A stretch of 64,000 nt of DNA from Epithemia pelagica (lineage: Eukaryota > Protista > Bacillariophyta): contig OX337237.1 in the NCBI GenBank assembly GCA_946965045.2, positions 2,666,001 to 2,730,000 on the forward strand, written 5' to 3'. How positions within the stretch are numbered: position 1 is the stretch's first letter; every line of letters begins with the position of its first letter. This document shows positions 31,625-43,554 of this stretch, piece by piece. Under the pieces are notes generated by a model. That model was given only the letters and a program-made list of their open reading frames with translations, was not told the origin of the DNA and did not search any database. The translations under genes and the position numbers were made by a program.

Positions 31625-33659
31625 ATGAGAAAAAAACCAAAGATGACGGTTGCGGCGGCTGGCGAATGCCAAACTAGATGGTCCACAATACATCGACGGT
31701 CTGCCAAGAGAAGAATGCTGCTCGTGAATCGAGGTTTTGTATGGCTCGTGGTAGTGGTGATTTGGTCTTGTTTGTGGGAAACTCAGAATGGAATGCCGTG
31801 TGTTGCTGCAGCGGCGGCGCAGGCGCAGCCCAAAGACCAAGAACAAGGAAAGCATGATAGTCTAAACGAAAATGAAAGGAAAGAGAATGTCCACAACCAA
31901 GATGAAACTCCTCATCCGCAAGAGATCAACACAAAGGAACAACAACAAACGGCCACAGGAGAAGCATCGGACCGGAACAAGAACCCTCCTGTCTCCTTGG
32001 CCTGGCCCATTCATTCGCAAGCAGACCTTTCCTTAATGTCTGGACACGATCAAGAACGTTATCAAGAATTTTTGCACTCGTGTCGCTTGTCAGCCGCAGG
32101 AACACTGCACGACGACGACGACAAGCCGAATCCATGTCGTCGTCACGAGGCCGAACGCTTGGCCATGAATCGGTTGCAACCATCTCAAATGACCAATTTT
32201 ACGGCTGCTGGATATGCCAAGGTGACCATTCCTCCTCGTGCCTGGCAAGTTTTGCAACGTGTATGGAAGCAATACCGTGCATCCATTTCGAATCGACAGT
32301 CCAAAGAAGCAGCAGCAACAGCAGAAGAGGAGGATCCAACCGAGTCGTCGTCGTCGTCGTCCTTGCCAGCGGACATGCACTCTTCGACTGCGTCCTTGTA
32401 TCAAATTCATCGTCGCGAACAATGGGAAGCCGGATCGATTTATACCAATTCCTGGTCCAGTCCAACCGACATGTTGGATATTCATGGCATTTTGACACCC
32501 ACACAGGTCCGACAATTGGAATGGGACGTGCAACAAGTCTTGGAACCCTGGTCCGGTGTTTCCTTGGTACCCACTTCCACCTATGGCATTCGCATTTATC
32601 GACGTGATAGCATCTTGACACCGCATGTCGATCGATTGCCCTTGGTGATTTCCGCCATTTTGCACATTGCGCACAAGGACAACGATGACGACGACGACAC
32701 GGGAGAATGGCCTTTGCAAGTCTGGGGACACAATGGACAGGTTCAAAATGTCACCTTACAACCAGGAGAAATGCTCTTGTACGAAAGTCATTCCATCATT
32801 CATGGACGACCCTATCCTTTGCAACAAGAGTATTATGCCAATTTGTTTCTTCATTTTGAACCCATTGGATATACCTATCGACAAGAACACGGCCAATCAC
32901 CACCATCATCGGTAGAATCCTTGCCACACAAAAAAGAAGAAGAATCCTTGGCCACCAAATTTCAACGCTTGCTTCAAGTCTATTCCAGCAATTCGCACCC
33001 TCCCCTGCAACAACCACCGCGGGACGCGGATATTCGATTGCCACCCTACTTGTGGAAGAATCGGCAGGACAATGACAACCCGGAAGATGCGACCCTGCAA
33101 GCGACATTGGAACGACGATGGAAACAGGATTATGATTTTGTCCGAGATTACACTCTCAAAGAGACCGATAACAAACCCAAAACACAAGTCAAGACCAAGT
33201 ACGTATATACCGAATGAACGTGTTGTTTGGCCCATTTCCAATATCATCCAGTATCACAGCGTATTCATTTTTCTCATGCTGTCCTGTTTGCTGTTGCTAC
33301 TGTGTTTTCCTTCGGGCTATTTTGTATGCTGCTTTTTCTTCTTTAGAGGCGTGACCAGTGCGCACACGCTAGCAGCCACGGGGAACTTGGTCGGCTTTCA
33401 GGATGCCGTCAAGGGCGATCCATCCTTGTTGGATAAGGCCGATGCCAATGGGTGGAAACCCATTCACGAGGCGGCTCGGGGTGGACATACCAAAGTTTTG
33501 CAATATTTGATTGAAAAGGGTGCCGATGTCAATGAACGGACCAATCGGGGACAAGGTGCTACACCACTCTGGTGGGTTTTGCAATACTTTCCCGAAAACC
33601 ATGCCGCTGTTCAATTGCTACGACGACATGGTGCCATTGCGCTCGCTCCAAGGGCCTAG
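31625..33659 (+). CDS. Secretory-pathway 2OG-Fe(II) oxygenase (prolyl-hydroxylase-like) with C-terminal ankyrin repeats; intron 33199-33346
   Basis: Hydrophobic N-terminal segment. YGIRIY...HVDR (HxD), IIHGRP (His + Arg) and YYANLFLHF. Ankyrin motifs NGWKPIHEAARGGH and ATPLWW. Confidence 0.8.
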
Positions 33660-33808
33660 GTAGTCGGATCAAAACCAAAGAGTAGGGAGTCTTACAAAAT
33701 GCAAACTAACTTTGAATAGCAATAAGCGCACAATTCGGTTTCTTCAACGATATCTTCCCCAGTGGCGACATGTGCTACGTTGTGTCACTAGCGTCTGACA
33801 TGTACGCT

Positions 33809-36172
33809 TCAATAATGAGCCGCCGTGTTCATTTCACCGTTTCGTGTCGCATCTTCATATTGGGCCAATCCGTTCATCCCCCGACCGTGACACTGACTTC
33901 TATCGTGCCCTTCATAGTGACCACCCGGTAATTGACCTCGAGCCAACTCCACAGTCCCATCGTCTTCGCCATTCAGCAACGACAACGAGGCTAAGTTACA
34001 ATAATTAACAAAGCTTAGAAACCTCCTCCCCCTGTTATCGTGGGCCGTCGTCCAGTAATGAACGGCGCTTCGTGCCCAGTAAGGAATGTTGGCCAACCAT
34101 TGAGTGGCCCCTTGCACGGTCAAATCCTCATTAGTTCCACAACCAACTCCAAACACAACGCCCAATCTAGCCAATTCTGATAAGTTGGTTCCTTGGTACG
34201 GAGAACCTACAGATTGGATGAGGTTATTTCCCCCAAATGAGGCAACATCCAAGCACGACCAGTAATAGGAATACAAATGCAAGGCGGCCAACCCTCCCTG
34301 CGAATGGGCCACAATACCGCAGCTGATGATATCGTGTTGCATGGCAAATATCCCAATCTTGAGGGCAAATTCCTCATTGGACCAATTGTTTAAGCCATCG
34401 GTGCTTCCCAACAAACGCATTCGTCTTCGCCTCTGAGGAGGAGCACCCAAGCGACGCCCATGACGAGCATCGCCCCCATTTCCCGAGATTAGAACATCTC
34501 CAGGATCCGAAAAAGGAATAGCATCTGAGAACGAGTCTAAAGGAAATGGATTCTCTTCGGCGCTGCAGAAACAAAAAAAAGAACGGTCAATCATAAGAGT
34601 CTGATATCCCTTGTCAAGACGCAAGCTTACATTTGATCGCATTAGGCGGCACTCACCAGTAACCATGAACAAGAATCTTTTTGTGATTGTGAGGCATTGT
34701 CTCCCCTTGCTCCAGGCGACGACGCATATGACGAACTTCTTCGGGAACTCGACCATGTTTCATTTCTTCTGAAACATTTTTTTCGTCCTCTGTGGGAGGG
34801 TTGGAGAGGAGCTCTTTGTGTTGATCAATGGCGGGATCAGTGGGCCCTGAGAGATGAGCAATGACGCGATAGGAATCGAGGGTATCAATAATCACCGCAT
34901 CAGGCACGACAATTTTCCAACACGAAGAATCTGGACAAGAAGGGTTGCTACTGTCACCAAATCCAGCCTTGTTCAAGATTGAGCGAATCCATCCTCCATG
35001 CAAATTCAGAACAAAGTCGCGTGTCAGTGCTCGAAGCTCAATACGGCTCTCCTCCAAGATTCCCTGTCCATCGACTTCGACAGCAACCATTGCCTTTAAG
35101 AGAAACCCCCGTTCTGTGTCCATAATGCTCTGCATTTCTGCATCATTGCCCTTGAATTTAAAGTGAAGATCACCGTCGCTGTCCACATGCGCCGAATCAA
35201 GCTTCAAAGATGCAAGATCACTTAGCTCTAGAGAGTTGTCTCTCGTTTCAATTACAATCGATCGATAGACCTTTTCCCCAGTAGCGGGGACTTCAATTTC
35301 GGCTTGTGCCAATATGATATCACCCGCCTCACCAAAATCATATTGCAAGCCTGATTCTGTTTCATCGTGAATATGAACCTGCTTGCTTTCCACCAGGCCT
35401 CGTCGACGTCCCGAGCCTTCCGACGGTTCCTGGACAAAGGCCTTGGCTTGTAACTCATGGGTCGCTGTTTGAGTGGTTAACACAACGGTTCCAGTTCTTC
35501 GGGGGTTTGAAGAGGACGAAGAATCAGCCACGGAAGTGGAAACTTGGTATCCAACTTCCACACCACTGTAGTCCTTGTAAGCAACCATGACGTCTACCTT
35601 CTCGGAACACCGGAGGATCATTTCACCTCCTGTGCTAGGGATATTTTGAAAGGAAAACCCTTTTGCTGTTGTTCCGTCGTCATGGTTGTCATTTCTGCAG
35701 AGATTGATAACGAAAATGAGAAAGCGTGTAATGAGATGACGAAAATCAAACATATCCTTGCAAATTATAACTAAAACACTTGTACTTACACTGCAGAAAA
35801 TATGTTGGTATAGGTATCCAAGTCGAGATTGATCGTTCCTCCACTCGCTTCCAGCAAAGAACTTGCAGTGACAAATACCTCTGCCTTGGGATTGTTGATG
35901 AGGCCAATATAGCCAATCCCTTCACCGGCAGACAGTGGTATTCGAAGTGGACCCTCCTCCGCCTCTTTATCAGAGCGAGAAGGGCAGCGTCCCAGAAAGA
36001 TCACAGAGTCACTCAAGAAAGGCTCTGGATCTTCCTCCACAAGGCTTCGGCGATGCTGGGGCATTAACTCCGCCGTCATTTTGGGTCGGAGCTCAACCTC
36101 CTCGGACAGGACATGACGAGTACCGAGAAGCACAAGGAAAAGAATCGACTGAACGAGAGCGAGAGAACACAT
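33809..36172 (-). CDS. Secreted alpha/beta-hydrolase-fold protein resembling Dictyostelium conditioned medium factor (CMF); exons 35790-36172, 34657-35694, 33809-34562
   Basis: Signal peptide and two ~95-bp GT-AG introns that restore ILVHGYC. Motifs GIVAHSQGGLAALHLYSYYWSCLD, IQSVGSPYQGT, GCGTNEDLT, WLANIPYWAR, DDGTVE and GQLPGG...CH. Confidence 0.7.
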
Positions 36173-36918
36173 TTTGATTTGATCAATATTATTTGTGAAC
36201 CAATGGAATGCGAGAGGATCAGCCAGTCCCTCAGACAATGAATCCAGCGTCAAGTCCCTGAAGAAAGCCGAAGAAGCGATAAATGGGAGAGATCGTGGAT
36301 GATTTCTCCTCAAGCTTCTCAAATACTGTGATGATGCGACTTGCCACTTGCCTCAACACTTGCACCACGTTGGAACTGGAACGACGCGGAAAAAGCCGTC
36401 GTCTGATGAGAGATGACAAAAAGGTGAGGAAAGAATTGGTTGGGGGTTCGGGTCCACAAGTCCAAAATCAAAAGGGCAATTGTGGATCATGACTGGCCCG
36501 GCGATATCGACTGACTCAGACTCAGAGCACTTTCTTCGGGTCTCAATCATAATTGCCCCCAACGAAATCTTGCAGGGCACACGCTTTTCATTTGAGATGA
36601 GAATCCTTTCTACAAAAAAATTAGAAGCACAACAAAGGAGAAGGGAGAAGCCCAAAGCCGAGATATCCGGTACTCCTCTAGCTCCCGCTTCACGCATTGG
36701 TCGTTGAATTCGTTACATTTTGGAACGACTCATCTTTCCCCTTTCCACGAAAAACAGCAATTCCAGGTTCCAAGAACGACAAAACTTCTCTTCTTTTATT
36801 CAATGTGGTCTCCCGCGTTGGCCACCTGGTTTTGCATGCTCCATACACGTCGTCCTTCCTTCAATTAACGCCACTTGCGCGTTCCTATAGCTAGAGTCTG
36901 TGAGACCATAGTACGATA

Positions 36919-38292
36919 TCATCCTTCTTCCAAGCGATAGTCTTTCCACCACCAGATCCAATCCATGTAATAGGCAGTCAACAGAGGTCCCAGGAATGGA
37001 ATCCATTGGTCGATTGTTGCATTGGACCGGGTCAAGAAGGGTTGCGTAATGACATCCCAAAAGGGTGATCGTAGGAGGTGCAACCACAATCGCCCTTGAC
37101 GACGATTCCATTCGTTTCGAGTCGGTGACTGAAACGCAGTCTTGGAATGTGCCACTACTGCAGGTGGGTGACCACGTCGTAGTTTGACCAACCACAAGAG
37201 CAACAGAGATGCGACATCCATACCCACGGATTGAACCCAACAAGACCAGAGTAAAGTGCTTGTCCTTGCATTCGTTGTAGAGCGATTGCTCCTGTCCTTG
37301 GCGTCATGGTGGTTTGTTTCATCGCTATTGGATCCCTTGACGATTCGAAGCTTCATTTCAGCTTGCAACAAGGGTCGTAGAATGTACAAGAGTTCACCCA
37401 GGAGCAGCAACAATCGTTGTTTCCACCACGACGAGTTGCGTGATGATGGTTTGTCGTGTTGCGACAGGGGCCTCCAAACATAGCGTGTTCCAGTGCGTCG
37501 ACCAACGTGGGTATTGTAGGTTCGATGCCGCTCTTCTTGCTGGAGGCTCCAGGATGCACTGGACCAATAACCATGAGAAGACGCACGGGGTTGGGCCAAC
37601 CAACGACCTCCATTCGATTGAAAGCAATCCTCCTGGTTCGTTGTCTTTACTAAATCCTTCTGAAACCAACGCTTCCACAACAAGGCGGCTCGTAGAATAA
37701 ATTTGATGCGTTCCCAAAATTGTTCGTTTTGTGCGCTTGCGAGATTCAGAGCATCGCAAGATGCACCATGGTGCCAGGACATTAGGAGGGGCCATAAACT
37801 TTGAATCGTGGACAAGGTTAATGGTATAGCCAGAGAAGTGGAACATGAAGGCGAGGGAGAAGAAGAGCGATTGTTGCTCTCGCCACCACTCGTGCTGTGG
37901 TGGTTGTTGCTGCTGCTGAGTGCTAGATCCAAGGCAAGGCGATGGAGTTGAAGCAAGGCCCAAAGGAGAGATCGAGTCGTCTGTTTGAGGCGTGTGGCCA
38001 CCGATGTAGTACGCTCCGAGCTATTGGAAACGGCAGTGGGAAAAATCCAGCACCAATCGCATATTCGTTCCAACAAGGCATCCAACAGCCACAAGCGAGA
38101 TCGATGGCAATGGGCCCAATGAACATAGCGTTTCCAAAGAATCTCCAGGTGCTCCGTCCAGCGCTGTGTTGCTTGGGACGAAAATTGAAGTCTCTCCTCA
38201 CGAGTTTCACTATTGGAACATGTTTCCTGTTGCGATAATGGGTTGTCAAAGGAGGCCAGAGTCTGTGCATGATCTTGCCTTGACTGTGACAT
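36919..38292 (-). CDS. PEX16: Peroxisomal membrane biogenesis protein Pex16
   Basis: GELLYILRPL, W..S..MDVASL, EWNRRQGRLWLHLLRSPFWD and IPFLGPLL...Y...W...Y pattern typical of Pex16. Confidence 0.75.
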   Translation of the reverse strand: MSQSRQDHAQTLASFDNPLSQQETCSNSETREERLQFSSQATQRWTEHLEILWKRYVHWAHCHRSRLWLLDALLERICDWCWIFPTAVSNSSERTTSVATRLKQTTRSLLWALLQLHRLALDLALSSSNNHHSTSGGESNNRSSSPSPSCSTSLAIPLTLSTIQSLWPLLMSWHHGASCDALNLASAQNEQFWERIKFILRAALLWKRWFQKDLVKTTNQEDCFQSNGGRWLAQPRASSHGYWSSASWSLQQEERHRTYNTHVGRRTGTRYVWRPLSQHDKPSSRNSSWWKQRLLLLLGELLYILRPLLQAEMKLRIVKGSNSDETNHHDAKDRSNRSTTNARTSTLLWSCWVQSVGMDVASLLLLWLVKLRRGHPPAVVAHSKTAFQSPTRNEWNRRQGRLWLHLLRSPFWDVITQPFLTRSNATIDQWIPFLGPLLTAYYMDWIWWWKDYRLEEG

Positions 38293-39118
38293 TGATCGGA
38301 ATGGCGCAAGGAAAGGAAATCACTCGCGGTGAGTGTCGTTGAGATGATCCAAGCTCTTCTCCTGCCTCAATATTCCTGTTGATATGGTTGGTTTGTCCTT
38401 GTCTCTAGAGATGAGGTATGGAAGCATTCTATACCATTGACCCATACTATGTACTCATCTTCATCGTTCGATCATCCCGCCATCCCCATCATCGACGAAA
38501 ATGTGATGCCGGAATACAATAATGAAATTTGAATTTAAATTCAAAATTCAAGGTTTTTTGATATCGACACCACAATGGTATCCTTTTCCAGACTGGTTCC
38601 GGCCTCCATCAACAATGAAGTCCTTCCTTCGGACTAAATACTTTTGGATGACGCATCACGATCGAAGACTCTCTTTATAGTGAGGCGCGGCTGCGGCGAA
38701 GGAAGCTGATGTGAACGTACTTTTCCCAAGAATCAAAGACGATCAAATACTCGATAGTCGATAGACAGAAACAATCAAATTCTTGGGGCGACTGCTACTG
38801 CGGGCACGTCTTTGTTTATCGCCCATGATGAATTGACGGAACCATAAACCAAACTACAATGATAACTCGTTAGAGTTTGTTGAATCTCGGAATCAAACGT
38901 GCACCTTTCTCTCGAACACCCAGAAGGTATCTTTAACCATCGATGGAGAGTCCGGACAAACACAGGCTCTAGCCTTCCCTTTGCTCGGAACCCTGGGATA
39001 TGTAAAAACACATTCTAAGAATAATGCACACATAAGAATTTGATATCTTCAAGGAGAAAAAAGGGTGTCTAATTTAGGACAACAGCAGTTAGCTATGAAC
39101 GCCAAAGCGATCAACAGC

Positions 39119-39720
39119 TTAGTTGGGGAAGAAGTCTTCGACATTGCCAAGCTTGTCGTGGACCATAGGGCCAACATACCCATTTGGGCGGCACGGCCTT
39201 GGTTCAATTCAACAGCACGCTTGGTCAACTTGGTCTCTTCATCGAACGAGTCCCAGCCAAAGTCAAGGGCGCCGTTACGGAAGTCACCGACGAATTCACC
39301 GGGTTCGGCACCGTTGGCGGAGTCCTTCATGACGAAGAGTTCCAAGAAACCAACAAAGGCCAAGACTTGGAGGGCTCCGGCAACAGGGACAGAGAAAGAG
39401 GCATCCCAGCCGTATCCGAGGTCGGAGAACTTGGTGCCAGAGTAGTCAATGTCACCAGGGAGGTAGATACCGGCGGCGTTGACCAAGTATCCGACAACAC
39501 CCAACATACAGATGCGGCCGTGCTTGATCTCGACGTAACGGAGGCGGTCGAACTTTTCTTGGTCACCATCGGCAACAAGGCCAAGGGGATCGAAGAAGCC
39601 AAGAGGAGCTTGGGCGCCCAATTCGTCCTCGAAGGCCTTCAAGGCAGAGGAGGAGGCCTTTTGGGAGGCAGGGGCGAAAGCGGCGGCGGCGGCGATGAGG
39701 GAGGCGAAAACAGCAGACTT
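39119..39720 (-). pseudogene. Lhcf fucoxanthin-chlorophyll protein copy with lost start codon and C-terminal frameshift
   Basis: Reads aagtca-gaagtct where the intact copy has aagtca-aaat-gaagtcc (ATG gone). Reads gccct-atggtc where the intact copy has gcccttatggtc (1-nt deletion). Otherwise a full Lhcf (AAAAFAP, FFDPLG, EIKHGR, ELNQGRAA). Confidence 0.85.
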
Positions 39721-41126
39721 CTGACTTAATCTTTCTTGTTGACTGGAAAGTGTGAGACCAAGAGGAATTTGCAATTTGCTACGGGGACTATCGTGAACCT
39801 TGAATCGGAAGCTGCCAAAAACCGGGTTCTCAACCGTCGACAACGTATCAAGCAGGGTATCTTGTCTCTTCAAGAATTTCTAACTTCAAGCGGGACCCTG
39901 TCAAAAGAAACATGGAACCGGGTCACGGACGGGCGGCACAGTGCATACTCTGCTTCTTTCTGTGGTTGGAGAACACAAGCGGAATCCCGGACGACATTTC
40001 TGAACGGTCGCGTTTTTACAAAAAGTTCCGTGTCCGTGTCCGGCATGAGTAGGCACAGGAACCTGCAATGACAAGCATGTCTTGCCGATTCCGGTATCCC
40101 CATGAGAATGAACAAAATGCCGTTGACATGATCACGAACGATGGATGCCCTGAAGGAACAAGCAAGTTTTAGGAGAAGATAAGCGGATATAGCCAGTAAG
40201 GTTCACGGTTTCATAGGGAAGTTGATGGTCTCTTCCTGTCCGCTTTGTAACAAGAGAAAGTTCCAACCTCTTGTATCATAGTTAGTCATTTACTTCGTCT
40301 ACTCGCCCTCTCACTGACTGTGCAGTGAAATTGCTTTTCGTGTATGAATGTGCGGTGGTGGAGACACTGTATCAATGAAACGAGAAGGCGACTCGTCAGC
40401 TCCTTATGAAAACAAGAGGACGATGAAACGAGCGAGCAGTTGTTCCAGGGTCCTAGGTCCTATGTGTGCATTTCCAAAACGACGACAAAATTATCTGTCT
40501 ACCGCGGCAATGGCGTACTTCAAAGGGAACTCCTGCGGATCAAAGTTCTCAGAATGTTGGCACTTCTGAGACCGTGACCTGGGATGAATTTCGTTGGTAC
40601 GGCCGCTGCGTTCAAATGCACATTGAGGGAAAAGATTTTTCAACGGAACGGTACGTCACTTTCTGCGGTTTCATGCCTCTCTACTGGTCCGCTGCTTCAA
40701 TGCTTGGCTGGACATCACGGTTCAGCCCAGTTCGAGACCTAGACGGCTTGCCGCATCATTTCCGCTGCATACTTTCCCAATTCTTCAAAAAGAAACCTGT
40801 TTACTTCCGGTAGCTCTGCCGCGACTTCCAACAAGGCGTCGTCAAACCTACCCCCACTTTCAGTGTCCCAATTCCAAAGTACTCTATTTCTTCTGCCATG
40901 GTTGGATGGTTTCCACTGCTGCTCATAGACGAATTTCTTAAACAGCTACTATCAGTTGAATTTTGGAGACACAGCCTGCGTACTCTCATTGAACACCCTT
41001 ACTGCCAGCCTACGAATATCGAAAATCAAGTGAACTAACGATGGCAGTATAACCAGGCTCTTATAAAGATATTAAGATGTATTCATCTTAAATATAGACA
41101 AGAGGAAGAAGTGCTAGGCAAGCTCC

Positions 41127-41729
41127 TTAAACATCAGGGATGAGGGAGACACCCAATTGTTCGTGGACCATAAGGGCCAACAAACCCATCATGGCGGCAC
41201 GGCCTTGGTTCAATTCAATGGCACGCTTGGTCAACTTGGTCTCTTCGTCGAAAGAGTCCCAGCCATAGTCAATGGCGCCGTTGCGGAAGTCACCAGGGAA
41301 TTCACCGGGTTCGGCACCGTTGGCTTGGTCCTTCATGACGCAGGCTTCCAACAAACCAACGAACAACAACAATTGCACAAGTCCACCAGCGGGGATGGCC
41401 TTGAAGGCGGCGAAGCCGTTGGGGATGGAGGCGAAGGAAGTGCCAGAGAAGTCAATGTTTCCTGGAAGACGGATTCCGGCTTCTTGGACCAAGTATCCAA
41501 CAACACCCAACATGCAGATGCGGCCGTGCTTCAATTCAACGTAACGAAGGCGGTCGAACTTTTCTTGGTCACCGTCAGCAACAAGGCCAAGGGGATCGAA
41601 GAAGCCAAGAGGAGGCTGGGCACCCAAAGCATCTTCGAAGGCGTTCAAGGCCGTGGAGGAGGCCTTTTGGGAAGCCGGGGCGAAAGCGGCGGCGGTGGCA
41701 ACAAGGGAGGCAAAGATGGCGGACTTCAT
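41127..41729 (-). CDS. LHCF: Fucoxanthin-chlorophyll a/c-binding protein (Lhcf family), 200 aa
   Basis: MKSAIFASLVATAAA|FAP targeting sequence, GAQPPLGFFDPLG, ELKHGRICML and ELNQGRAAMMG. Confidence 0.95.
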   Translation of the reverse strand: MKSAIFASLVATAAAFAPASQKASSTALNAFEDALGAQPPLGFFDPLGLVADGDQEKFDRLRYVELKHGRICMLGVVGYLVQEAGIRLPGNIDFSGTSFASIPNGFAAFKAIPAGGLVQLLLFVGLLEACVMKDQANGAEPGEFPGDFRNGAIDYGWDSFDEETKLTKRAIELNQGRAAMMGLLALMVHEQLGVSLIPDV

Positions 41730-42081
41730 TTTGACTTTCTCTTCAATCTGAGTTGTGAGAACTCCAGCGAACGCAACATTGGGTGCCACCGATGCTCTTG
41801 TTGTTGAAAGATACCGTTCTTGTTCTAGATTCAAGATACCCACTTCAACTCTTTTGAAGATCGGGAATCAGGAGTACTACCCACTACCCACGAACCGATG
41901 AATAGCTTAGGTAGCAAGTCTCAAGGTCGGAATAGGTGGTCAGTGAAATGGGATCGGCGACCGTTAGATAAATGCGACCAGCCGTGACGTTGGGCGATGC
42001 GGGGTTGGATTGAAATTGAAGCAATGGATTTCATTTGCTGGGGGGGGGGGGAGTTTACACAATCAAAAAAAGGTGGAAAAC

Positions 42082-42633
42082 ATGATGACGGAGAAGGAGG
42101 ATAGCAAAGACTTGGACGAGGGAAGTGAAGTGAAAGAAAAATCTGCTTCACCGCGAGCTTCAAATTGGATTCCTTATGTCGCTCTATGGAGTGGAACATT
42201 CGGTGCCTTGGCTTCGTCATTTGGCAAGGTAGCTTTTTGCAGAGGTAGTTCCATCGCATTGATTGTCGGGTGGTGGTTTGCCAAACCAACAGCCGAAGTA
42301 AAGGAAGAAGAGGGAGACATTCGGGCGTGGCTGACATGGTACGAAGTTGTGGTTCGCTTGCTTTTTCTCTTGGCCATGATCACTTGCAACGTTGTCGCGG
42401 TGGGTAATTTTGTACAAGGTTTGGAAGATTCCGGCAGTATAAAGGGAACCGCCTTGACCACAGCGGCGAATTGTTTGGTTTCTACCATGCTTGGAGTTGT
42501 CTTGTGGAAGGATGACGTTCCATCGGTGATGGGGCTGTTTTGTGTATTGGTTGGCATTGTATTGTTGGTGATACCATCCGAAGAGACAAAGAATTCTTTC
42601 TCTTCCTCAAGCAAGTCAAAGAAAACGGATTAG
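42082..42633 (+). CDS. TMEM42-like small multi-pass membrane protein (DMT superfamily)
   Basis: SGTFGALASSFGKVA, CNVVAVGNFVQGL...ALTTAANCLVSTMLG and GLFCVLVGIVLL; four TM segments. Confidence 0.6.
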   Translation: MMTEKEDSKDLDEGSEVKEKSASPRASNWIPYVALWSGTFGALASSFGKVAFCRGSSIALIVGWWFAKPTAEVKEEEGDIRAWLTWYEVVVRLLFLLAMITCNVVAVGNFVQGLEDSGSIKGTALTTAANCLVSTMLGVVLWKDDVPSVMGLFCVLVGIVLLVIPSEETKNSFSSSSKSKKTD

Positions 42634-43554
42634 TAATGAAGTACCTCTGTGGTGCACTATCCTGGAATATATCTATTCGAGATGGCGATCTATGGAGTAC
42701 AACGTCGTAAGTTTTCGAAAGGATCGAAAAGTGCGGCTCTACAAGGGAAGCCCGAGATTTGCCACCTGAAATAAATCGCTCCTGTGGGACAGTTCTCGCC
42801 CACTCGCGCAATCATACAGGAGTGTACGAGATACCGAGAACGAAGTCCTGATTCTTCCGACTCTTTACCGATATGATGTTACATGGTGAACAGAATCGTT
42901 GGCAAAGGTTGCAGGCGGACATTATAATGGTTGCCTTACCCTGGACCACTTCTACACTGTCCTCTTCACACCATGTCGTTGTTGCCTCCTAAATTGTACC
43001 GAAGAGAAGTCGGTTCCATGTTCTCATTCGCGTTGTCTACTGAAGCTATGACATTGCGATGAAACAACAACAACGACGAATGCGAGATTCCGCTGAATAC
43101 CTTGGTTCCAACGAAACGGTACGAAGAGTTGTCGTGTGCCAGCATCTATAAGGTGTTGTCGCATACAAGGTTTACGGTTGATAAGGTTTCAAGTTTCAAG
43201 CTTCTCCATTTCCATTGTTGGGTAGCAACGTTCTCCGCCGCCACTCTTGAGCGGGTCGAGATACGTCGCTTTCATTGTTGGACTGCATAGTTTTAGGCGA
43301 CTAAACAGAGACTATGAAGGAACGTTAGGGATTGAAATTCTTGTGATGTTCGTCCGTCCCATTCGTTCCAGTCGCACGTTTAGATCCACAAACGTACAGA
43401 AACACCCATAACGTATTGTAGCACACAAGAAGAAACGTACATCTTACATCTTACACATCATCGGCACTTTCTTTCCACCACCAACCACCACATCTTGACT
43501 GATCCATTCGTCCTTCAGGGAACGATCGATTCGAACAAGAAGACAAGTCTCGTG

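Noticed and set aside
38528-38545. 18-bp AT-rich palindrome TTTGAATTTAAATTCAAA upstream of PEX16
   Set aside because: Low-complexity AT sequence, single occurrence, with no supporting element structure.
39900-41050. Several 60-115 aa ORFs between the two Lhcf copies
   Set aside because: No motifs and no consistent frame or splice pattern; probably promoter/terminator DNA or unrecognisable relics.
42040-42051. G12 homopolymer that makes the ORF appear to start at 42010
   Set aside because: That start is TTG and homopolymer length is error-prone; the first ATG at 42082 gives a complete membrane protein.
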